This document shows positions 42,346 through 55,430 of a DNA stretch of 64,000 bases, piece by piece (the stretch's first letter is position 1; every line of letters starts with the position of its first letter). The DNA is from the human T2T-CHM13v2.0 reference genome, Homo sapiens: assembly GCF_009914755.1 (NCBI RefSeq), contig NC_060933.1. The stretch is one strand, 5' to 3'. Both the position numbers and the translations under genes were made by a program. Under the pieces are notes generated by a model, which saw only the letters and a list, made by a program, of their open reading frames with translations, searched no databases and was not told where the DNA came from.

Positions 42346-45300
42346 ATTCCATTTCATTTCGTTCCATTCCATTCCATTCCGTACCATTCCCTTCCATTAC
42401 ATTCCATTCCACTCCATTCCATCCCATTCCACTCGGATTTATTCCATTCCTTTCCATTCCATTCGGGTTGAATCCATTCCATTCCATTCCATTCCATTCC
42501 ATTCCATTCCATTCCATGCCATTCCACTCGGGTTGATTCCATTCCTTTCCATTCCATTCGAGTTGAACCCATTCCATTCCATTCCATTCCATTCCATTCC
42601 ATTCCATTCCATTCCATTCCATTCCATTTGATTCCATTCCACTCGGGTTGATTCCATTCCTTTCCATTCCATTCGGGTTGAAACCATTCCATTCCATTCC
42701 ATTCCTTTCGATTCCATTCCATTTCACTCGGGTTGATCCCATTACATTGCATTCCATTCCATTCCATTGCATTCCATTCCGTTCCATTCCATTCCATTAT
42801 ATTCGTATTGATTCTATTCAATTCCCTTACTCTCCATTACATTCCATTCCATTCGGGTTGTTTCCATTCCATTCCATTCCATTCCACTCCATTCCATTTC
42901 AATCGGGTTGATTCCATTCCATTCCATTGCATTCCATTCCATTTCATTCCATTCCATTCCATTCCATTCCGTATTCCATTCCATTGCATTGCATTCCATT
43001 CCATTCCCCTGCACTCGGTTGGATTCCATTCTATTCCATTCCATTCCATTCCATTCCATTCCATTCCATTCTATTCGGGTTAATTTCATTCCATTCCCTT
43101 CCATTCTATTCCATTCCATTCCATTCCATTCCATTCCATTGAAATCGAGTTGATTCCATTCCATTCCATTCCATTCCATTCCATTCCATTCCATTCCATT
43201 CTATTCGGGTTAATTCCATTCCATTCCATTCCATTCCATTCCCTTCCATTCCATTCCATTCCATTCCATTCCATTCCATTCCACTCCAATCCATGCCATT
43301 CCACTCGGGTTTATTCCATTCCTTTCCATTCCATTCGGGTTGAATCCATTCCATTCCATTCCATTCCATTCCATTCCATTCCATTCCATTCCATTCCATG
43401 CCATTGCACTCGGGTTGATTCCATTCCTTTCCATTCAATTCGAATTGAACCCATTCCATTCCCTTCCATTCCATTCCATTCCATTCCATTCCATTGCTCA
43501 CGGGTTCATTCCATTCCATTCCATTCCATTCGATTCCATTCCATTCCATTTCGTTCCATTCCATTCTACTCCGTACCATTCCATTCCATTCCATTCCCTT
43601 CCATGCCATTTCACTCGGGTTTATTCCATTCCTTTCCATTCCATTCGGGTTGAATCCATTCCATTCCATTCCATTCCATTCCATTCCATTCCATTCCATT
43701 CCATTGCGCTCGGGTTGATTCCATTCCATTCTATGCCATTCCATTTCATTCCATTCCATTCCATTCCAATCCATTCCATTCCATTCCTTTCCTTTCAATT
43801 CCATTCCATTACATTCGGATTGATTCTTTTTAATTCCCTTACACTCCATTATATTCCATTCCATTCGGGTACTTTCCATTCCATTCCATTCCATTCCACT
43901 GCATTCTATTGCACTCGGGTTGATTGATTCCATTCCATTGCATTCCATTCCATTCCATTCCATTCCATTCCATTCCATTCCATTCTGTTCAGGTTAATTC
44001 CATTCCATTCCATTCCCTTCCATTCCATTCCATTCCATTCCATTCCATTCCATTCCATTCCATGCCATTCCACTCGGGTTGATTCCATTCCTTTCCATTC
44101 CATTCGAGTTGAACCCATTCCATTCCATTCCATTCCATTGCATTCCACTCGGGTTGATTCCATTCCTTTCCATTCCATTCGGGTTGAAACCATTCCATTC
44201 CATTCCATTCCTTTCGATTCCATTCCATTTCACTCGGGTTGATCCCATTCCATTGCATTCCATTCCATTCCATTGCCTTCCATTCCGTTCCATTCCATTC
44301 CATTACATTCGTATTGATTCTATTCAATTCCCTTACTCTCCCTTACATTCCATTGCATTCGGGTTATTTCCATTCCATTCCATTCCATTCCACTCCATTC
44401 CATTGCAGTCGGGTTGATTCCATTCCATTCCATTGCATTCCATTCCATTCCATTCCATTCCGTATGATTCCATTCCATTGCATTCCATTCCATTCCATTC
44501 CCCTGCACTCGGGTGGATTCCATTCTATTCCATTCCATTCCATTCCATTCCATTCCATTCCATTGAAATCGAGTTGATTCCATTGCATTCCATTCCATTC
44601 CATTCCATTCCATTCCATTCCATTCCATTCCATTCCATTCTATTTGGGTTAATTCCATTCCATTCCATTCCATTCCATTCTCTTCCATTCCATTCCATTC
44701 CATTCCATTCCATTCCATTCTATTAGGGTTAATTCCATTCCATTCCATTGCATTCCATTCCATTCCATTCCATTCCATTCCATTGAAATCGAGTTGATTC
44801 CATTCCATTCCGTTCCATTCCATTCCATTCCATTCCATTCCGGATGATTCCATTCCACTGCATTCCATTCCATTAAATTCCCCTGCACTTGGGGTGATTC
44901 CTTTCCATTCTATTCCATTCCATTCCTTTCCATTCCATTCAATTCCATTCTATTCGGGTTAATTGCATTCCATTCCATTCCATTCCATTCAATTCCATTC
45001 CATTGCAATCGAGTTGATTCCATTGCATTCCATTCCATTCCATTCCAGTCCTTTCCATTCCATTCCACTCGGGTTGATTCCATTCTATTCCTTTCCATTC
45101 CATTCGATTCCATTCCATTCCACTCTGGTTGATTCCATTCCTTTTCATTCCACTCGAAAACATTCCCTTCTATTCCACTCGGAATGATTCCATTCCATTC
45201 CATTTCGTTCCTTTCCATTCTATTCCGTACCATTCCATTCCATTCCATTCCATTTCATTCCATGCCATTCCACTCGCGTTGATTGCATTCCTTTCCATTC

Positions 45301-48300
45301 CATTCGAGTTAAATCCATTCCAATCCATTCCATTCCATTCGATTCCATTCCATTGCACACGGGCTCATTCCATTCCATTCCATTCCATTCCATTCCATTC
45401 CATTCCATTCCATTTCGTTCCATCACATTCTATTCCGTACCATTCCATTCCATTCCATTCCATTCCACTCCATTCCATGCCGTTCCACTCGGGTTTATTC
45501 CTTTCCTTTCCATTCCATTCGGGTTGAATCCATTCCATTCCATTACATTCCATTCCATTACATTGCACTCGGGTTGATTCCATTCCATTCCATTCCATTA
45601 CATTTCATTCCATTCCACTCCATTCCATGCCATTCCACACGGGTTTATTCCATTCCTTTCCATTCCATTCGTGTTGAATCCATTCCATTCCATTCCATTC
45701 CATTCCATTCCATTACACTGCACTCGGGTTGATTCAATTCCATTCCATTCCATTCCATTCCATTCCATTCCATTCCATTCCATTCCATTCCATTCCATTG
45801 CACACGGGTTCATTCCATTCCATTCCATTCCATTCCATTCCATTCCATTCCATTCCGTTCCATTCCATTCCATTCCATTCTGTTCAGGTTAATTCCATTC
45901 CATTCCTTTCCCTTCCATTCCATTCCATTCCATTGCAATCGAGTTGATTCCATTGCATTCCATTCCATTACATTCCATTGCATTCCATTCCATTCCATTA
46001 CCCTGCACTCAGGTTGATACCATTCGATTCCATTCCATTCCATTCCATTCCATTCCGTTCCATTCCATTCCATTCCATTCTATTCGCTTTAATTGCATTC
46101 CATTACATTCCATTGCTTTCCATTGCAATCGAGTTGATTCCATTCCTTTCCGTTCCATTCCATACCATTCCATTCCATTTCGTTCCATTCCATTCTATTC
46201 CGTACCATTCCATTCCATTCCATTCCATTCCATTCCGTTCCATTCCATTCCATGCCATTCCACTCTGGTTGATTCCATTGCTTTCCATTCCATTTTGGTT
46301 GAATCCATTCCATTCCATTCCATTCCATTCCATTCCATTCCATTCCATTGCACTAGGTTTGATTCCATTCCACTGCATTCCATTCCATTCCATTCCATTC
46401 CGTTCCATTCCATTCCATTACATTCGGATTGATTGTATTCAATTCCCTTACACTCCATTTCATTCCATTCCATTCGGGTTGTTTCCATACCATTCCATTC
46501 CATTCTATTCCATTGCGTTCCATTCCATTCTATTTGGTACCATTCCATTCCATTCCATTCCATTCCATTCCATGCCATTCCACTTGGGTTGATTCCCTTC
46601 CTTTCCATTCCATTCGGGTTGATTCCATTCCATTGCATTCCATTCCATTCCATTCCATTCCATTCCTTTCCATTCCATTGCACACGGGTTGATTCCATTC
46701 CATTCCTTTCTGTTCCATTCCGGATGACTCCATTCCATTGCATTCCATTCCATTCCATTCCCCTGCACTCGGGTTCATTACATTCCATTCCTTTTACTTC
46801 CATTCCATTCCATTCCATTCAATTCCATTCTATTCGGGTTAATTACATTCCATTCCATTCCATTCCATTCCATTCCATTCCATTCCATTCCATTCCATTG
46901 CAATCCAGTTGATTCCATTCCATTCCATTCAATTCCGGATGATTCCATTCCATTGCCTTCAATTCCATTCCATTCCCCTGCACTCGGGTTGATTCCATTC
47001 CATTCCATTCCATTCCATTCCATTCCATTCCATTTCATTCCATTCCATTTCGTTCCATTCCATTCTATTCCATTCCATTCCATTCCATTCCATTCCATTC
47101 CATTCCTTTCCATTCTATTCGGGTTAATTCCATTCCATTCCATTCCATTCCATTCCATTCCATTCGATTCCATTCCGTTCCATTCAATTCCATTACATTC
47201 GGATTGATTCTTTTTAATTCCCTTACACTCCATTACATTCTATTCCATTCGGGTAGTTTCCATACCATTCCATTCCATTCCACTGCATTCTATTGCACTC
47301 GGGTAGATTGATTCCATTCCATTGCATTCCATTCCATTCCAATCCATTCCGGATGATTCCATTCCATTGCATTCCATTGCTTTCCATTCCCCTGTACTCG
47401 GGTTGATCCCATTCCATTGCATTCCATTCCATTCCATTCCATTCCATTCCATTCTGTTCCGTTCCATTCCATTCCCTTCCATTCTGTTCAGGTTAATTCT
47501 ATTCCATTCCATTCCCTTCCATTCCATTCCATTCCATTCCATTCCATTGCATTCCACTCGGGTTGATTCCATTCCTTTCCATTCCATTCCATTCGGGTTG
47601 AAACCATTCCATTCCATTCCATTCCTTTCGATTCCATTCCATTTCACTCGGGTTGATCCCATTCCATTGCATTCCATTCCATTCCATTGCATTCCATTCC
47701 GTTCCATTCCATTCCTTTACATTCGTATTGATTCTATTCAATTCCCTTACTCTCCATTACATTCCATTCCATTCGGGTTGTTTCCATTCCATTCCATTCC
47801 ATTCCACTCCATTCCATTGCAGTCGGGTTGATTCCATTCCATTCCATTGCATTCCATTCCATTCCATTCCATTCCGTATGATTCCATTCCATTGCATTCC
47901 ATTCCATTCCATTCCCCTGCACTCGGGTTGATTCCATTCTATTCCATTCCATTCCATTCCATGCCATTCCATTCCATTCCATTCCATTCTATTCGGGTTA
48001 ATTTCATTCCATTCCATTCCATTCCCTTCCATTGCATTCCATTCCATTCCATTCCATTCCATTCCATTGAAATCGAGTTGATTCCATTCCATTCCATTCC
48101 ATTCCATTCCATTCCATTCCATTCCATTCTATTCGGGTTAATTCCATTCCATTCCATTCCATTCCATTCCCTTCCATTCCATTCTATTCCATTCCATTCC
48201 ATTCCATTAGGGTTAATTCCATTCCATTCCATTCCATTCCATTCCATTCCATTCCATTAGGGTTAATTCCATTCCATTCCATTCCATTCCATTCCATTCC

Positions 48301-49749
48301 ATTCCATTCCATTGCCATCGAGTTGATTCCATTCCATTCCATTCCATTCCATTCCATTCAATTCCATTGAAATCGGGTTGATTCCATTCCATTCCATGCC
48401 ATTCCATTTCATTCCATTCCATTCCATTCCATTCCATTCCATTCCTTTCCGTTCCATTCTATTACATTCGGATTGATTCTATTCAATTCCCTTACACTCC
48501 ATTACATTCTATTCCATTCGTGTTGTTTCCATTCTATTCCATTCCATTCCACTCCATTCCATTGCACTCTGGTTGATTCCATTCCATTCCCTTCCATTCC
48601 GTATGACTCCATTCCATTTCATTCCATTCCATTGCATTCCCCTGCACTCGAGTTGATTACATTCCATTCCATTCCCTTCCTTTCCGTTCCATTCCATTCT
48701 ATTGGGGTTAATTCCATTCCATTCCATTACATTCCATTCCCTTCCATTCCTTTCCATTCCATTCCATTCCATTCCATTACATTCGATTCTATTCGGGTTA
48801 ATTCCATTCCATTCCATTGCATTCCATTCCATTCCATTCCATTCCATTCCATTCCTTTGCAATCGAGTTGATTCCATTCCATTCCATTCCATTCCATTCC
48901 ATTGCATTCCGGATGATTCCATTCCATTGCCTTACATTCCATTCCATTACCATGCACTCGGGTTGTTTCCATTCCATTCCATTCCATTCCATTCCATTCC
49001 ATTCCATTTCCTTCCATTCGATTCTATTCCGTACCATTCAATTCCATTCCATTCCATGCCATTCCATTCCATTCCAGTCCATGCCATTCCACTCGGGTTG
49101 ATTTCATTCCTTTCCATTCCATTCGAGTTGTATCCTTTCCATTCCATTCCATTCCATTCGATTCCATTCCATTGCACACGGGTTCATTCTATTCCTTTCC
49201 ATTCCATTCCATTCCATTCCATTCCATTCCATTCCATTTCGTTCCATTCCATTCTATTCCGTACCATTCCATTCCATTCCATTCCATTCCAGTCCATTCC
49301 ATGCCATTCCACTCGGGTTGATTCCATTCCTTTCCATTCCATTTGGGTTGAATCCATTCCATTCTATTCCATTCCATTCGATTCCATTACATTACACTCG
49401 GGTTGATTCCATTCCATTCCATTCCATTCCATTTCATTCCATTCCATTCCATTCCATTCCATTCCATTCCATTCCATTCCATTCCATTCCATGCCATTCC
49501 ACTCGGGTTGATTCCATTCCTTTCCATTCCTTTCGAGTTGAACCCATTACATTCCATTCCATTCCATTCCATTCCATTGCACACGGGTTCATTCCATTCC
49601 ATTACATTCCATTCGATTTCCTTCTTTTCCATTCTATTGCCTACCATTCCATTCCATTCCATTCCATTCCATGCCATTCCAGTCGGGTTTATTCCATTCC
49701 TTTCCATTCCATTCGGGTTCAGTCCATTCCATTCCCTTCCATTCCATTC

Positions 49750-52150
49750 GATTCCATTCCATTGCACTCGGGTTGATTCCATTCCATTCCATGCCATTCC
49801 ATTTCATTCCATTCCATTCCATTCCATTCCATTCTATTCCGTTCCATTCCATTCAATTACATTCGTATTGATTCTTTTTAATTTCCTTACACTCCATTAC
49901 ATTCCATTCCATTCGGGTACTTTCCATTCCATTCCATTCCATTCCGCTGCATTCTATTGCACTCGGGTTGATTGATTCCATTCCATTGCATTCCATTCCA
50001 TTCCATTCCCCTGAACTCGGGTGGATTCCATTCCGTTCCATTCCATTCCATTCCGTTCCATTCCATTCCATTCCATTCTGTTCAGGTTAATTCCATTCCA
50101 TTCCATTCCCTTCCATTCCATTCCATTCTATTCCATTCCATTCCATTCCATTCCCCTGCACTCAGTTTGATTCCATTCCATTCCATTCCATTCCATTCCA
50201 TTCCGTTCCATTCCATTCCAATCCATTCTATTCACATTAATTCCATTCCATTCCATTCCATTACATTCCATTGCAATCGAGTTGATTCCATTCCATTCCA
50301 TTCCATTCCATTCAAGTCCTTTCCATTCCATTCCACTCGTGTTGATTCCATTTTATTAGTTTCCATTCCATTCCATTCCCTTCCATTCCACTCTGGTTGA
50401 TTCCATTCCTTTCCATTCTACTCGATTGCATTCCCTTCTATTCCACTCGGATTGATTCCATTCCATTACGTTCCATTCCATTCCATTTCGTTCCATTCCA
50501 TTCTATTCCATTCCATTCCAATCCATTCCTTTCCATTCCATTCCGTTCCATTCCATTCCATTCCATTCCATTTCTTTCCATTCCATTCTATTCCATACCA
50601 TTCCATTCTATTCCGTTCCATGCCATTCCACTCGGGTTGATTCCATTGCTTTCCATTCCATTTGGGTTGAATCCATTCCATTCCATTCCATTCCATTCCA
50701 TTCCATTCCATTGCACACGGGTTCATTCCATTCTATTCCATTCCATTCCATTCCATTCCATTCCATTCCATTCCATTTCTTTCCATTCCATTCTATTCCT
50801 TACCATTCCATTCCATTCCATTCCCTTCCATTCAATTTCACTCGGGTTTATTCCATTCCTTTCCATTCCATTCGGGTTGAATCCATTCCATTCCATTCCA
50901 TTCCATTCCATTCCATTCCATTCCATTCCATTGCACTCGGGTTGATTCCATTCCATTCCATGCCATTCCATTTCATTCCATTCCATTCCATTCCATTCCA
51001 TTCTATTCCGTTCCATTCCATTCAATTACATTCGTATTGATTCTTTTTAATTTCCTTACACTCCATTACATTCCATTCCATTCGGGTACTTTCCATTCCA
51101 TTCCATTCCATTCCGCTGCATTCTATTGCACTCGGGTTGATTGATTCCATTCCATTGCATTCCATTCCATTCCATTCCCCTGAACTCGGGTGGATTCCAT
51201 TCCGTTCCATTCCATTCCATTCCGTTCCATTCATTCCATTCCATTCTGTTCAGGTTAATTCCATTCCATTCCATTCCCTTCCATTCCATTCCATTCTATT
51301 CCATTCCATTCCATTCCATTCCCCTGCACTCAGTTTGATTCCATTCCATTCCATTCCATTCCATTCCATTCCGTTCCATTCCATTCCAATCCATTCTATT
51401 CACATTAATTCCATTCCATTCCATTCCATTACATTCCATTGCAATCGAGTTGATTCCATTCCATTCCATTCCATTCCATTCAAGTCCTTTCCATTCCATT
51501 CCACTCGTGTTGATTCCATTTTATTAGTTTCCATTCCATTCCATTCCCTTCCATTCCACTCTGGTTGATTCCATTCCTTTCCATTCTACTCGATTGCATT
51601 CCCTTCTATTCCACTCGGATTGATTCCATTCCATTCCGTTCCATTCCATTCCATTTCGTTCCATTCCATTCTATTCCATTCCATTCCAATCCATTCCTTT
51701 CCATTCCATTCCGTTCCATTCCATTCCATTCCATTCCATTTCTTTCCATTCCATTCTATTCCATACCATTCCATTCTATTCCGTTCCATGCCATTCCACT
51801 CGGGTTGATTCCATTGCTTTCCATTCCATTTGGGTTGAATCCATTCCATTCCATTCCATTCCATTCCATTCCATTGCACACGGGTTCATTCCATTCTATT
51901 CCATTCCATTCCATTCCATTCCATTCCATTCCATTTCTTTCCATTCCATTCTATTCCTTACCATTCCATTCCATTCCATTCCCTTCCATTCAATTTCACT
52001 CGGGTTTATTCCATTCCTTTCCATTCCATTCGGGTTGAATCCATTCCATTCCATTCCATTCCATTCCATTCCATTCCATTCCATTCCATTCCATTGCACT
52101 CGGGTTGATTCCATTCCATTCCATGCCATTCCATTTCATTCCATTCCATT
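49750..52150 (+). repeat. Tandem duplication, unit about 1.17 kb (1163-1169 bp), near-identical copies
   Basis: ORFs 50128..50331 and 51296..51499 translate identically. TTTAATTTCCTTAC, CCGCTGCATTCT, TTCACATTAATT and TTCAATTTCACTCGG all recur at about +1165. Confidence 0.92.
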
Positions 52151-52549
52151 CCATTCCAATCCATTCCATTCCATTCCATTCCATTCCGTTCCATTCCATT
52201 CCATTACATTCGGATTGATTCTTTTTAATTCCCTTACACTCCATTTCATTCCATTCCATTCGGGTACTTTCCATTCCATTCCATTCCTTTCCACTGCATT
52301 CTATTGCACTCGGGTTGATTGATTCCATTCCATTGCATTGCATTCCATTCCATTCCATTCCGGATGACTCCATTCCATTGCATTCCATTCCATTCCATTC
52401 CCCTGCACTTGGGTTGATCCCATTCCATTGCATTGCATTCCATTCCATTCCATTCCATTCCATTCCATTCCATTCCGTTTCATTCCATTCCATTCCATTC
52501 CATTTCATTCCATTCCATTCCATTCCATTCCATTTCATTCCATTTCATT

Positions 52550-55430
52550 CCGTTTCATGCCATTCCACTCGGGTTGATTCCATTCCTTTCCATTCTATTC
52601 GAGTTGAACCCATTCAATTCCATTCCATTCCATTCCATTCCATTCCATTCCATTGCACACGGGTTCATTCCATTCTATTCCATTCCATTCCATTCCACTC
52701 CATTCCATTCCATTTCTTTCCATTCCATTCTATTCCGTACCATTCCATTCCATTCCATTCCCTTCCATGCAATTTCACTCGGGTTTATTCCATTCCTTTC
52801 CATTCCATTCGGGTTGAATCCATTCCATTCCATTCCATTCCATTCGATTCCATTCCATTGCACTCGGGTTGATTCCATTCCAATCCATGCCATTCCATTT
52901 CATTCCATTCCATTCCATTCCAATCCATTCCATTCCATTCCATTCCGTTCCATTCCATTCCATTACATTTGGATTGATTCTCTTTAATTCCCTTACACTC
53001 CATTTCATTCCATTCTATTCGGGTACTTTCCATTCCAATCCATTCCTTTCCACTGCATTCTATTGCACTCGGGTTGATTGATTCCATTCCATTGCATTCC
53101 ATTCCATTCCATTCCATTCCGGATGACTCCATTCCATTGCATTCCATTCCATTCCATTCCCCTGCACTCGGGTTGATCCCATTCCATTGCATTGCATTGC
53201 ATTCCATTCCATTCCATTCCATTCCATTCCATTCCATTACGTTCCGTTCCATTCCATTCCATTCTGTTCAGGTTAATTCCATTCCATTCCATTCCATTCC
53301 ATCCCATTGCAATCGAGTTGATTCCATTGCATTCCATTCCATTCCATTCCATTGCATTCCATTCCATTCCATTCCCCTGCACTCAGATTGATTCCATTCC
53401 ATTCCATTCCATTCCATTCCATTTCAATCGAGTTGATTCCATTCCATTCCATTCCATTCCATTCCGTTCCATTCTATTCGCGTTAATTCCATTCCATTCC
53501 ATTCCATTCCATTACATTGCAATCGAGTTGATTCCATTCCATTCCGTTCCATTCCATTCCATTCCATTTCGTTCCATTCCATTCTATTCCGTACCATTCC
53601 ATTCCATTCCATTTCATTCCATTCCATTCCATGCCATTCCACTCGGGATGATTCCATTGCTTTCCATTCCATTTGGGTTGAATCCAATCCATTCCATTCC
53701 ATTCCATTCCATTCCATTCCATTCCATTGCACTAGGTATGATTCCATTCCACTGCATTCCATTCCATTCCATTCCGTTCCATTCCATTCCATTACATTCG
53801 GATTGATTGTACTCAATTCCCTTACACTCCATTACATTCTATTCCATTCGAGTTGTTTCCATTCCATTACATTCCATTCCACTCCATTGCATTGCACTCA
53901 GGTTGATTCCATTCCATTCCATTCCATTCCATTCCATTCCATTCCATTTCGTTCCATTCCATTCTATTCCGAACCATTCCATTCCATTCCATTCCACTCC
54001 ATTCCATGTCATTCCAGTCTGGTTGATTCCATTCCGTTCCATTCCATTCGGGTTGAATCCATTCCATTCCATTCCATTCCATTCCGTATGATTCCATTCC
54101 ATTGCATTGCATTCCATTCCATTCCCCTGCACTCGGGTGGATTCCATTCCATTCCATTCCATTCCATTCCATTCCATTCCATTCCATTCCATTAGGGTTA
54201 ATTTCATTCCATTCCATTCCATTCCCTTTCATTCCATTCCATTCCTTTCCATTCCATTCCATTGAAATCGAGTTGATTCCATTCCATTCCATTCCATTCC
54301 ATTCCAGTCTATTCGGGTTAATTCCATTCCATTCCATTCCATTACATTCCCTTCCATTCCATTCCATTCCATTCCCTTCCATTCCATTCCATTTCACTCC
54401 ATTCCATTCCATTCCATTCCATTTCATTCCGTTCCATGCCATTCCACTCGGGTTGATTCCATTCCTTTCCATTCTATTCGAGTTGAACCCATTCCATTCC
54501 ATTCCATTCCATTCCATTCCATTTCACACGTGTTCATTCCATTCTATTCCATTCGATTCCATTCCATTCAATTCCATTCCATTCCATTTCATTTCATTCC
54601 ATTCCATTCTATTCTGTACCATTCCATTCCATTCCATTCCCTTCCAAGCCATTTCACTCGGGTTTATTCCATTCCTTTCCATTCCATTCGGGTTGAATCC
54701 ATTTCATTCCATTCCATTCCATTCGATTCCATTCCATTGCACTCGGGTTGATTCCTTTCCATTCCATGCCATTCCATTTCATTCCATTCCATTCCATTCC
54801 AATCCATTCCATTCCATTCCATTCCATTCCATTCCATTCCATTACATTCGGATTGATTCTTTTTAATTCCCTTACACTCCATTTCATTCCATTCCATTCG
54901 GGTACTTTCCATTCCATTCCATTCCTTCCCACTGCATTCTATTGCACTCGGGTTGATTGATTCCTTTCCATTCCATTCCATTCCATTCCATTCCATTCCA
55001 TTCCGGATGACTCCATTCCATTGCATTCCATTCCATTCCATTCCCCTGCACTCGGGTTGATCCCATTCCATTGCATTGCATTGCATTCTATTCCATTCCA
55101 TTCCATTCCATTCCATTCCATTTCGTTCCGTTCCATTCCATTCCATTCCATTCTGTTCAGGTTAATTCCATTCCATTCCATTCCATTCCATCCCATTGCA
55201 ATCGAGTTGATTCCATTGCATTGCATTCCATTCCATTCCATTGCATTCCATTCCATTCCATTCCCCTGCACTCAGATTGATTCCATTCCATTCCATTCCA
55301 TTCCAATCTGTTCCATTCTATTCGCGTTAATTCCATTCCATTCCATTACATTACATTACATTGCAATCGAGTTGATTCCATTCCATTCCGTTCCATTCCA
55401 TTCCATTCCATTCCATTCCATTTCATTCCA
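52550..55430 (+). repeat. Direct repeat of about 1 kb at 1879-bp offset (about 52550-53600 and 54430-55430)
   Basis: ORF pairs 52775/54654, 52869/54748, 53005/54884 and 53192/55071 share the offset 1879. Shared words: CTATTCGAGTTGAACCC, GGATGACTCC, ATCCCATTGCAATCG, ACTCAGATTGA. Confidence 0.85.

Larger units (their letters stand above)
34721..55430 (+). repeat. HSat3 sub-domain II
   Basis: Marked by GCATTCTATTGCACTCGGGTTGATTGATTCC (about 36190, 40205, 43915, 47300, 49965, 51135, 52315, 53075, 54955), GATTCTTTTTAATT, TTCGAGTTGAACCC, GGGTTGATCCC, CTCGGGTGGATT and CCGTATGATT. Confidence 0.85.
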
